Shown here one piece after another: positions 37,001 through 49,000 of a stretch of 64,000 bases of DNA. The notes below the pieces were generated by a model. The model was not told the origin of the DNA. It did not search any database and was given only the letters and a program-made list of their open reading frames with translations. The position numbers and the translations under genes were made by a program. Source of the stretch: Phoronis australis (Eukaryota > Animalia > Phoronida); contig NMRA01000170.1 in assembly GCA_002633005.1 (NCBI GenBank), forward strand, positions 712,730 to 776,729, given 5' to 3'. Numbering within the stretch: position 1 is the stretch's first letter; the number at the start of each line of letters is the position of its first letter.

Positions 37001-40000
37001 TGCAGACTTCAATCATACAACAAACTGTGTAACTTTCAAACTGGAGAATAATTGGCCACGTATGCTGGGAACGTTTACCTCTCAACGAAAATTTGAAGCT
37101 ACTAACTGAAATGTTGCGGATGTAACACTGATTAAGTGGCTAGTACATAGAAGTGTTCAACTTGACCTTTGGTCAAGAGTGTTCAAGATGGCCAGAGTGT
37201 ACAGTATACAGCTATACTGTTTTCATAAATATTAACGAGGGTGATCAATTAATTGTAAACACTTACTCAGGGTCTGTGCTTTCTATGCTGTCAATATTAG
37301 TTGCCTTAAGTTCTGTCTTAAAAGTGGTTAGCACCAGGGGGCGCACAGAGCCATGTTTTACCTAAAATGAGAACAAAAACGAAATATGCAAGAGACAATT
37401 TTTCTTTATTTAAATTTCTTCCTTTGTTATTAAATGTCAAGCGAAGTTATCACTTTTATACAGACAAACATTTCATTTCAACAAGAAGCGAACTTTTACA
37501 AGTTGCCTTAAGTTTGTTTATTTCTCTTAAATCATTCATCTCCTTTCAACAATCTACAAACCTGTATGGTAAAATGCAACAATTGCACTTTTCATGCAAA
37601 GTAGCACTCACCTAGTAATTTCATTAAAAGTTGGCACCTGGTGGGTTGATTGGGCATTTTAAGTTTTTTGTGAAGGCTACGAATGGCTTAATTGATTTTT
37701 GAATTCTGTTCTAAGTGAAAGAGTGCCAGCTGTTGTATTTTGATCATTTTTTAAGTAGTCGGCTGCACTACCAGTAGTGGTAAAAGATAAACGACTTTCG
37801 AATCAGTTTCAATAAAGTGTGCAAGGTTTTTAAAGTTTTTAGCCCAATATGCTGTTCATATTTTCAGGTTTTGTAAACACTGTAGAACAAACTGTTGGAG
37901 CTGGCAAGACCTGGTTCTTCAAGCCCCAAATCAGCAAAAACTGTTGAGTGGCACCTTCAAGCAATTTTCCCCCAAGGCGAGAGGACGAACACTCCTTTCG
38001 CGGAGCTTTGTGCATAGAAAGTCACAATGTGAACATGTTAAATTGGGACTCGCACTTTTTAAAATTGTAGATTAGCCCTAGCTAGTTCTGGTGATCCATG
38101 ACGCAGCTCCAGGTTCATGACAAGGAGACCATCCATGCAGATCAACACACAATACATTATTCTATGAAGGCCTCTCTTGAAATGTAAAATAGTGCCTTGT
38201 TAGCAGAGCCCCTTTGTACACAAAATATATGCCTTACCTTTGGACTCGAATCCGTATTATGCGCTAAGTATCTATGAAGTGAGGCCTTTGCCCAGATCAT
38301 AAGACTAGAGCCATCTGGAGGAATGTTACTGGACTTGTCACGGTCTAATAAAGTTAGGACACGTGATAAATGGAGAATTACATTTCTGAAAAGAACACAA
38401 ACGATGACTGAGCCAGTTATGACTGAGCCAGTTAAACACTGTACGTATTACCATGACAACCACTATATTATTTGACTGATCATTCCCTGCTTTCTTATAG
38501 ACTGACCAAAGTTGAATAAGTCTTAATTTCTTTATCAATTTGATAACAATGATGACGATTGCGACGATGATGGTCTCATTTTCACCATCACTGTGCATTT
38601 CATCGCCATGGGCATCTTGTGGCACAATAACTGTCAGTGGCGTAGCCGTTTTTGACAGTTGTATCGTGTCAGTGACATCGTTATTATTTGCGCTCCCACA
38701 ATTATTGTCAGAACATCAGTGCTGTCAGATCTGTGTTCAAGGCAGCATCAGCTTCATTGTAAGTAGTCTTTGAGGTCGCCCTCTGCATTATCATTGATGA
38801 CGAGGGCATTGTTGTTTATCGTATCACTGTCTTTATCTTCATACTCCCTTTTCTAGCTGATTCCACTAAATGTCCCACCGTCACAGCACTTTCACTTAAT
38901 ATTCGTTGTAACTTTTCCCACTTTATAGTTCAGTATAAAAGCTAAGCAACTGATCATTTTAAATAAACTCCCATTAAACAAGTATTCTAACATACTGAGT
39001 CGAGTAATCCAACATACTGAATTGCTTTGGATTTCTCCGTGTCCGCCTCAGCCAGTGTCAGTTTGCTCTCAGCTTCACTCTTCATCTTCAGAAACACATC
39101 CGAATAAGGCTGTAACTCACTAACCAGCTCCTTGTACTCAGACTTGGAACAAATTGATGAGTTGTCTGAAAGAGGTACAGCTAATCATTAGATCATCACT
39201 TAACTGCATATCATATGCCTACATTAAGGTTTTACACAAAATATACATAAAATAAGTAAAGCCAGTTTTTAAGATATTATTGTGAAACGCTGTTCTCCCA
39301 AACTTGGAAAGCCTCTTGTCAAGACCAAAATGACCACAAGGTCCTGCAGTGGTCAAATGGACCCAAAAATCAAACGGTACTGGCACACTGATATCATGTA
39401 TCTCTGTGTCAAGTTTCATTAAAGTATAAGCTATTATCATTTTCTTAGATATCAATCAGAAATACTCTTGCCCCCCAAAAATACACCGGTGGGGGCCAGA
39501 TTGAAAAAATCTAGTGAGGCCTTATACCCTTGTGCCAAATTTCATCTAAACCCAACCAAGCCTATTTGACATATTGAGCGGACACCTGGACGCCAAGACA
39601 GCATGGCAACGACATACGACCACATAATATTGTATATTTATGTTGAGGCATAAAAATGATTCTGTAGCTTTGTATTCCTGGCCCTCAAAATATTAGCAGT
39701 TTATGTGTTAATATTAAATAGTGAGGGATTGCAAAATAAATGTAAATTCAGTAATGGCAACTCTAATTGGTCATGGGACAGTTTTCAGTTCGTCAACATC
39801 TCACCCAATTTCCTTCACAAATGCATGTTAGATGTTGATTTCCAGGGGCCAGCTTTGGGTTACACAATATACTATGTCACAAAAATACACTTGTCCACGA
39901 CACAATGACCTGGAGGTGATGTTGACTTGGTGGTGGGGTCCCACTGATCTAATGGTGGGATTGCAGTGACCTGGTGTCAGGGTGGCAATCACGTGGTGGG

Positions 40001-43000
40001 GTCGCAGTGACGTCATGTCGGGGGTCATAGTGACCTGGTAATGGGGTTGGAGTGACCTGGTGGTGAGGTCAGTCACCTGGTGGAAGGACACATTCACTTT
40101 CAAAATGCAAAAATATGTTCAGTAACTATAGCAAATACCTACCATAAATGGCATTTCCATATTCTACAGTCGGTTTGTCTTCCTCATGCACGACAAATGA
40201 CTCCTTACTGGGCTTTGAACTTTTGCTGAAAAATAACAAAACAAATTTGATTGGGGCTCACTCTCAACTGCCAGTATAAGCTTCTCAAAATTCAGAAGAC
40301 CCAAACCCGTATGTATTTCTGGACCAACTTTCAAAGGCTTTGTACATTTTTTGTGTAACAAACTATACTTGACAGAAAAAAGAAGTTTGATTATTAATAA
40401 ATAGAATTCCATTCAGCATCATAGTCCAGCAGTTTGGTATGCTTCCACTCTTCCATTTTTATAATTTCACACAAACTGCAGGAAAGTTTTCAGTAACAAA
40501 GGACTCTTGTTTCATTATCAAGGTCATTGCCAGAAGGGGGGAGGGCAGGCTATTGTAACTACAGCACATTTTCTGACTGGTTGGCAACAATTCGATGACA
40601 GGTCAATGATTGGTTGTCAAGCCAGTGCAGTTTATGAGTGTTTTCTAAGACATATGCAGACAAACTTCGACAAAGCAAACAGACTGGTGCTGTTGGCAAC
40701 CCAGTGGCGACACTGACCTTGACCTTGATTCAGTACTTACAACAAGCCCAAACAAGTTTCAATAAAGTAAATGCTTAGGAACAGTGCATGTATTCCCAAA
40801 ATCAACAACCAAAATCTTAAACTTTTGAAAATGCCTTCCAGTGTTTTTACAAATTTCCACTGTATTCATGCGGACAAGCAAAATCACAACTTTTTAAAAA
40901 CGCCATTCTCTAGATTACTTACCAAAAAACACTGACATGCAACCAAGACCATACGTGCAATATAGCATGTTCAAGTGGATTAAAGGCTTTTTCAAAATGA
41001 TATGAGAGTGGGAGTCGTGTGGACGGAGAACAACTTGAAAAATGCTCAGCCATAGTAACGTTGGTGTCATATTAGCGTGTTCGTACGGATGGAAAACAAT
41101 GCGAAAACAAAAAGGCCTTGATGAAGAATATTTAGAAAAAACTTGCATTTTCGAAATAAAAACAGTGTTGTGAGGACAGCGTCTTAGACTAGCGATGATA
41201 GCCAACCGCGACATAAGTGGTTCTGTGAATGGCTAGCATGCACTAAGAGTCTGCCGTGTGCTCTACTGCAGGTTACCTAACAATAAGCAGACAAGACACT
41301 TAACACAATGGGGCCATAATGAAGCCATCCACTACACATGTTCAGTATAAGGCATAGAAAATCGCACGTTATATTCCTCACAATAAGAGAGTAACTTTCA
41401 CTGAACCAAGAGCAATGGAAAGTTTCGATGCACACATAGTGTGAATGACAACAATTAAAGGCTAATGCCACCCGATTTAATTAGTCTTTTTTACCGTCTT
41501 AATCGGTCTGGGGCCACATCGGCTCGTACACGGTCGACCTTACCTTGCCGAGAGGTGTCGCGTTAGCCTGTGAGGAAGGTGAGAAAGTCCGCAGCGACGT
41601 CAGTGGTTCGTATGCAGAGTGAATTCCGCCATGGTGTGGTGTGTCGTTCCTGCCTGTTCGAACTATGAAGCGGCGAGGAAAGCGGGTACATCGGTTTTTC
41701 GATTTCCTCGAGAGCCCGAAATGCTTCGGAAGTGGCTCGCGGCAGTGAAAAAGGACAAGTACAGAGTTCATACCAAGTACGAGGCCGTGAAACATCTCCG
41801 TGTCTGTGGCCGACATTTCGTGGACAGTGATTTCACTGACGAATTCCGGCTTGCCAAACAGCTCATGCCAGGGCAGAAAAAGCAACCGAGGCTGAAGTCA
41901 GATACTGTGCCTAGTGTGTTTGCGTTCGGCAGGCAGGAAGCAAAGAAACGTGGATCAGTTGTTTCCATTATGGTGCAGTTAGCGCACTGACACCATGAGA
42001 CGGTTTTCGGAATTATCCATGTGCTCCATTGTTTGTGCACGTTCACGATGGCGCCTCTCTAATACTTCTTGATCAGTGTACTCTAGCTGGTTTGAACTGA
42101 TATCCTGAGAAAACTAACGATCTACCTGGGAAGTCTTCGTCAGATGAATACTCCTCCAAGTCGAGATTGCGAGTTGCCATGTTGACGTTTATTACTAAGC
42201 GTTCTGTTTCAAAATGAATTATTCTCACCCTAACCAATACTTATATATAAAACTGAAAGAAAGTGTGTCCCATCAGATGCAATTTGTAATGCCTTTGGAG
42301 TGTTCGTGAGTGCAAATGATTTGAGAAGCCAGCAACGAATAAATCACTGCGTTACCTTCTTTAGGTGCAATAAAACTAATTTGACCGGACACCGAGGCCG
42401 TGTGAGCGCAAGCAATTCAGTGTTTGCTGACAGAATCTGTTGTGAAACAATAACTCGATATTCCATCCCACGGCCAGGTGTTAGGGGAATCTTTATTTAC
42501 TTATACATTATTCAAATAATGATTGTCAATGTACAACTTCTGTCCTGGCGATTCTGTGGCCAAACGGGAACCTGAATTCACGGCCCCCGACGAGTAGGCC
42601 TTAGTAGATTTGCAGTTTCGTGGCTTCACCAAAATAATCACGTGCACATTACTTCTTTAGCTCACTAGTATAGTATTTTCTTGACTTCAAGCTTAGTTTC
42701 CAACTTTGGCTGGTTAATGTTCGTGATGTCTTCAGTCCGGTCGCGACGGGCCTGATTGGGTTCCGAGCCACTGGCCGGGATAACGAGTCAGTCCGGCCGC
42801 GACGGGCCTGATCGGGTTCCGAGACACTGGCCGGGATAACAAGCGTTTTTTGTGTTTAGAACTAAAAAACACAAGTCTAAACAACACAGATCTAGGTCCT
42901 ACTGTCTGTATTTCACGGAAAAATACTTAGAATTTATCTCCGAACAGAACACGAACTCCTGCTACGGACCTTGGTAAATTGGACTGCCGAAATTTGTTGG

Positions 43001-46000
43001 CTACGGTGTGTCCAAATATCAATAAATCCGTAACAGTGAAATAAGACAACACGTTTTTATAAGAACTCGGTGTATTTTTAAGGGTTTTACATCGAAGTTT
43101 GATCATTTATTGGTGTTAAACGATGAATTCAAGCGATAAGCTGACACCAGTTACCCGTGTTGTGAACTGCTGAACAGACTGCGTGTGAAACCGATGACGT
43201 CAGTGGAAAATTTCATCACCTCCGTCTGCCGTCAGGTGTCAGGTAACGCAACCGTACGTGCCGCTATCGAGGAGAACTACTCGATCTAAATTGATACAAA
43301 TTAGGTTGTTTTTTGGGTGGCATGCTCCTTTAATACAAGAGCAATGCAAAGCATTGATACGCACTCACAGAGCACTGCAAATGGTATATTTCTATGAGTG
43401 CTTATCAACAGTGTACAAGGAGACAAGATTTTGACCACAAGGGGTAGCTGCAGCAGACAGAATTGAGCAAATGTCGTGGTACCTCATCTTTTAAAACTGA
43501 CATCAGATCAAAAAGTTTAAAAATAACAAGTTTTCAACATTTTCATTTAATGAACTTACCTTCTCAGACAGAAGCAGTAAAACGCTATCCCAACACCAAC
43601 AGAAATGGCAAGGCCAACAGAGACAACAATAACAACAGCCAGATAACCTGAGCTCAAGGGAGCAGTTGGACTGGAGGCTGCAAAAATAAATGATGAGTGT
43701 AGAACTACAGGTAAGAACAGCTATGTTGAGTGTATAACGAACAACAATAGAGTCACAAGTCAGACATTGGATCACTGTGTTGAACACTGAAACACAAAGA
43801 AGTTAACTAATACCAAAGTTGAGTTGTTCACTAAATTACATGAACTGTACGTCATTTGTTGCATTACCCACAATATGCTGTAAACCGACAACAAAATGAC
43901 TGGAAGTACGAGGTGATACTTCAAACTTTTCTCTACGTAGAACAAAAGAATTAAAGGCTTGATTCACCTCAGTTAACCTGTCAATGTTTAATTCTTAACC
44001 AAAGCACTTTAGTGTTTAAACACCATTACCACACTCATATGATCTTGAATAACTACCGAATAAGCGGGCAACTGAAATACGCACAGGTCCATTTTGGAAT
44101 CCACACTTTTGGGGTCAATAAACTCTGAAGTATTTTCTCGAGTCACTGATGACTTCAAAGCTCTTGTTGATAGTGGAAATAGAATCCTGTCAGCTCATTA
44201 CTCCTTGCATAGACTAGACATAATCTCTGGAGAACTGACAACGCCACCACTGCTGGAGGCCATGATTTGTACATGAAATGTCTCGAATAATAATAAACTA
44301 CATAATGCAGAAGGTTGAGGTCTCAGTCTTTCAAATGTCGCTATAAACGTTGTATTAATAAAATAAGCAACTGTCTTCTAGAAAATGACATGACGCCACA
44401 CAAGTAACGGAATAGACAATGGTGTTGATAACAATGAATACAACAGCCAGTGACTACATGTTAACAAATCATAGCAGGGCCTGGCGAAGTGTCCTGTATC
44501 TCACAAAAGATTTCAGTGGGGTTTGTGACCATAAGATCTACATACAAAACGAGCCCCAAATGTGTGATCTGTGTACACTGTCAGCTGACCGGTCATAAAA
44601 CTTTACTACTTTAGCCCAGTTGTTTTCAGTTGTAAAAAACGCAACTTCTTAAATTTTAGTCGGAAGTAACTTGATATTTTATTCGAATTTGTGACAAAAA
44701 CTACTGCAAAAACCATACCGTACACTTTTGAATTTGTTGTTTGTTGAGGCGTTTTTCAGTACTTCGGCGCTGGCCCTGAGAGTGTACATGGTGAGTACTG
44801 AGTACTAGGTATGTTAGACGTGAGTTCATCGTTTCCTGATGTCACAGACACAAATGTTATTCATCCTTTTGATTGGCTACAGAATATTCGTTGAACAAAT
44901 TTGATATGGTACTGACCTAGGTCTTCTTACTGCTAATTGGTGTTACGGTATATATTTTATACAACATTTTGTGGTATTATTATTCCAGAGACTGTGGATG
45001 CCCTTCTGTATAGTTGTGCTCTGTAGTATTTTTGTAGATATTTTATTTTTATCTCATAGATATAAAATAGACATGCAACAGGGGCGGATCCAGGATTTTG
45101 AGTTAGAGACGGGCCAGGGCAGAGTATTAGCCAGGATTTTGCCTGTCTGACATTCGCACCCGCGAACTGCCAAATGGAATCTGGGAAAATTTTTAGGGGG
45201 GGCATGGCCCCCTTCTAAATCCGCCACTGTGCAAGTTTCCATATGAACTTCTTCCTCTAGTAAACAGTGTGATACACAGCAGTTAGTAACTGCATAGCAG
45301 CCAAAATAAAAGTCATATTTTATGCTGCGTGACACTGTGAATTTAGGTTATTGGTACCTGATCATTTTGGACAGGTTTGTCATCTTATACAGCCTGCGGA
45401 TATTTACTTTAATGCTTTTGTTTATGTACGGATTAAGAAGGGATTTTAATCAGTATTAAATTTTTATTACTTCGTGTATTGGTATATCCTGTGATGCTCA
45501 AGAAGTGTGTTATGTTTGTAAAAATGTTTTAATTTCAATAAAATATTTTAAGACTAACAACCTTGTGTCTTTCTTTTGTGATTGGCAATCGAATGTCACT
45601 GACATCAATTCAATTTAAGCGGTAAATTTTAAATCCAAATTTTCCTGCCCATTAATGGTTTAGCTGTTCAAGCTGCACTTAATTTCCATATTAAACTTTA
45701 CCTCCAGGTCAAAATTGATGTCTTACTTTATGGTTATGAGTACTGGAAATTTCGAAATTTTGCCAAAATGGTATCGCTAAAACAGCTCATCAGACTCAAA
45801 TCAAACAGACACTATGCTATTGACGTTGTTCTCCAGACTAAACGGGCTTGTTTTTAATAAGATACTGTCAAAAATTGAGGCTTTAATTAATGATTTTTAT
45901 GAAAATATCGGTTTTCACCTTAAAAGTTCCATAAAATAAAACAGGACATTTTGAAAACTGATTTTGAGATCTGTTCATGAAAGTGAAATGAAATTTGGCC

Positions 46001-49000
46001 ATGCTGATAATGCTTTATGTTTCCTGCAACATTGTTTCTTTGCTAAATTTTAGTAAAAGAAAACATGTTCACGTAAAGGCAGATTTGTGTTAAGTAGACG
46101 ACAATTTGACTAAAAGCACATGCTTCCTGGTGAGGTTATTTACCAGAACTTATCACCATGCTCTACCCTTTATAGTATGCAACATTGTTCCAACTGTTGT
46201 AAATGACCCTTTGACCTGAGAAGGTAGTACTCTAAAAGTCAGTTATCTGCTGCTGAGCTGGACAATAGGTGCATTAGATTCCAGATAAAAGAGGGGCAAT
46301 AAACTTGGGACAATAAAGTGTGTGTTAAACTGACTGAATTCCCCCAAGGTTTGCTGTGATATGGGGATGTAGACCAGAAATGACTTCTAACCCAAGTAGG
46401 GATTAACTCGAGATCAAGACACCCAAATCAAAACATAAGGTTTGTGAGAAGGCAGTTTCGAAGCAGCCTTAATGCCCAAATCACATACCATGGCATACTG
46501 CACCAGTTATCTCCCCTGTCAATATGACATCATAGCCTGCTGCACACTTTGTCACACACTTCCTGTTGTCTGGCTCTATGAAGTGAACACACCTATAACA
46601 TAATGGGCCAAATCAATATTAATATCACCTCCTTCGCATGTGTAACTTCACACGCCACAAACAATCAAGACATAGACCACTTGGTACAATATCACTTGAT
46701 AGGCATGAAGTTCACAGCTAACACAGGTGCATTCTTTGACACAAAATTGTTGAAGCTCTTCCCGATCGCCTCCAGGTCTGATAAACAAAAGCACAATCTT
46801 TCCTAACACTTCACACTTTATCTCAAAGTACCAGACCATGGTGGTCATCCTGGCACCTCACACTTCATCTCAAACTTGGGGCTTGGCAAGCTTAAAGTTC
46901 ACATGGCCTTGTAGAGTGTTAACAGCAAATTTTACTGTGGAAAGTGGAATTAAGATGTGAGGAAAACTACAAATTGCATGGTAAGGAATGAAGTGGTGAA
47001 CTTTAAACAGTAGCAAGAGATAAGTACCTCTGACACAACTTGTTTTCGTCACATTGCAGACAATCATCTTCAGCACACTTAGCTACAAAAACATATACAA
47101 CATCAAACAGAAGAGCACAACAACAAACAGATGAACACAACATTAACAAATTAAAAGTAACCGAAACCAATAAAGTACCTTGAACAGCAATGAAAGACTC
47201 TGTGCGTGTTAGTCAAATAAAACAACCCAAAATGAGAACTCAACAACTACCAAGTTTAAAATAAAACAACCAGTACCTTCACAACTTTCAATCCTATGTG
47301 TTATGAAAAGTCAAGGACAAACTCCATTTTCACTCAGTGACCTCTGACTTACATTTTGCACGTTATCAATATGTATCCTGAAGAAGTACGCAAATTTGAT
47401 GAAAATAAATGAAGTGCTCCAATACTTGGCAAAATTGACTAAGAAAAGAGTATGAAGACGAAGACAGCGACGCCATACACACCAGTGGCAACACCACCAC
47501 CAACAACAATTATGTAGAGGATGGTCTTAGAGACCACATCGCCACCAACACTATCAACAACACTGACAATGTCACCAGAAAACTGTCAATAACAGCTCCG
47601 AGATGCTGCTGCCTTCAACACTGATGACAACACTGATGACAAAAATGATGACAATGCAGATGGCAACACTGATGACAATAGTGCCCATAACACTGATGAC
47701 AACACTGATGACAACACCGATGACAACAATGATGACAACACCGATGACAATGCTGATGGCAACACTGGTGACAATACTGCTGAATGGACAACACTCACAA
47801 GACAATAAATATTGACAATGTCACTGAAATAATACCTCTTTCAAAACCAGCGATGCCATCAATGGCAATGACAACAATGACGACCACACACCGCCAAAAA
47901 CATATTGATGACACCAACTAAACCAAGGGCAATAACACCAATGACAACAGCGAAATCAACATCATCAACATCCCCATCATTGTCAACACTGATGTCCTTA
48001 TCATTATACAATGATCCTTCCAACATCAACAACAACCCTGAAAACAACACGGTCATCACCACTGTCAACATCGTCGTCATCATCATCAAACATTTATGAA
48101 GAAAGCAAGATTTGCAGACCAGAGACCAATAGACAAACAAGAAATAAAACAAGTCATCAGAACACTAGAGAAATGGTATGTCGTAGCAAGAGAAACCAAC
48201 ATATAATGCTGATAGCCCTCGACAAGATCTATCTACACACCAAATTCAGAAGAATCCCAAAAAGAACAAGCTAGACAAATGCTGCCACAGTGCCGCCATC
48301 TTGTGTCGAATTTTGAGAAGGAACAACGGCCTCAAATTTTTCACAAGTTACATAAGGTGTGTAAATTTCATGTCAGTGAGACAAGAAACTAATACAGAGC
48401 AACACACTTGGCGAGCTGTATTTCACCACTTATTAATATGCATATAGTAGTAGAACAGCAAATAGTTGAACATTAGGAAACATGTCACTAGTGATAACAC
48501 AAGCCAATAAATTGCATGACACCCACATTTAGCTTTCAGACTGCATTTGTATCGACTCAGATTCGCTGTTCAATCTACATGTTCACAGTGTGACAATGAG
48601 GACAACTTGAACTTTTTACCTGGCACCAAGAATTGAATCTTCCAAAATGAACCAACAATCCCGGGAACACAAAAGCATTGACATTATAAGCTCTACCTTC
48701 ATAACTATAGGAAATCATGCAGTTTAATATTGGATGACCTTTGACCTTGCAAATATAGAATTTTCAAATTTTACGAACCACAACTTGACTGGAGCCTCAA
48801 ATTTACATAACAAGAACAAGAACAAGAACAAAACCGTTCAACACTTCTCATTACTAACACGCACAGAGTAAAACTAACTGGAGAAATAAAAATTTGAACA
48901 AAAGCTAAACTAATAAATTTTTATAATCATCAAACTATAAATGGTATGAAATATGAACACAAGCCTGTGCACACTGGATAATTGCCATTACCAAAAGACC

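Larger units (their letters stand above)
41459..43329 (+). mobile_element. Kolobok-type DNA transposon, internally deleted, in intron 4 of the novel gene
   Basis: TTAA TSD (41455-58 and 43330-33); imperfect TIR AGGCTAATGCCACCC / AGGAGCATGCCACCC; THAP ORF on + and KolX-like remnant on -, convergent. Confidence 0.82.

Noticed and set aside
44085-44092. Alternative ATG (AAAATGG) plus GTGCGT donor that could start a cytoplasmic-only protein
   Set aside because: The signal peptide/Cys/TM exons give a more coherent model using the same phase-2 acceptor; there is no independent support.
46628-46777. Exon-like segment with a good acceptor on the - strand
   Set aside because: Stops in all three frames before the apparent donor; exons 2 and 3 join in phase without it.
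47572-48152. Thr/Met-rich and hydrophobic ORFs
   Set aside because: 12-bp tandem and low-complexity repeat with a related dispersed copy near 38.6-38.8 kb.
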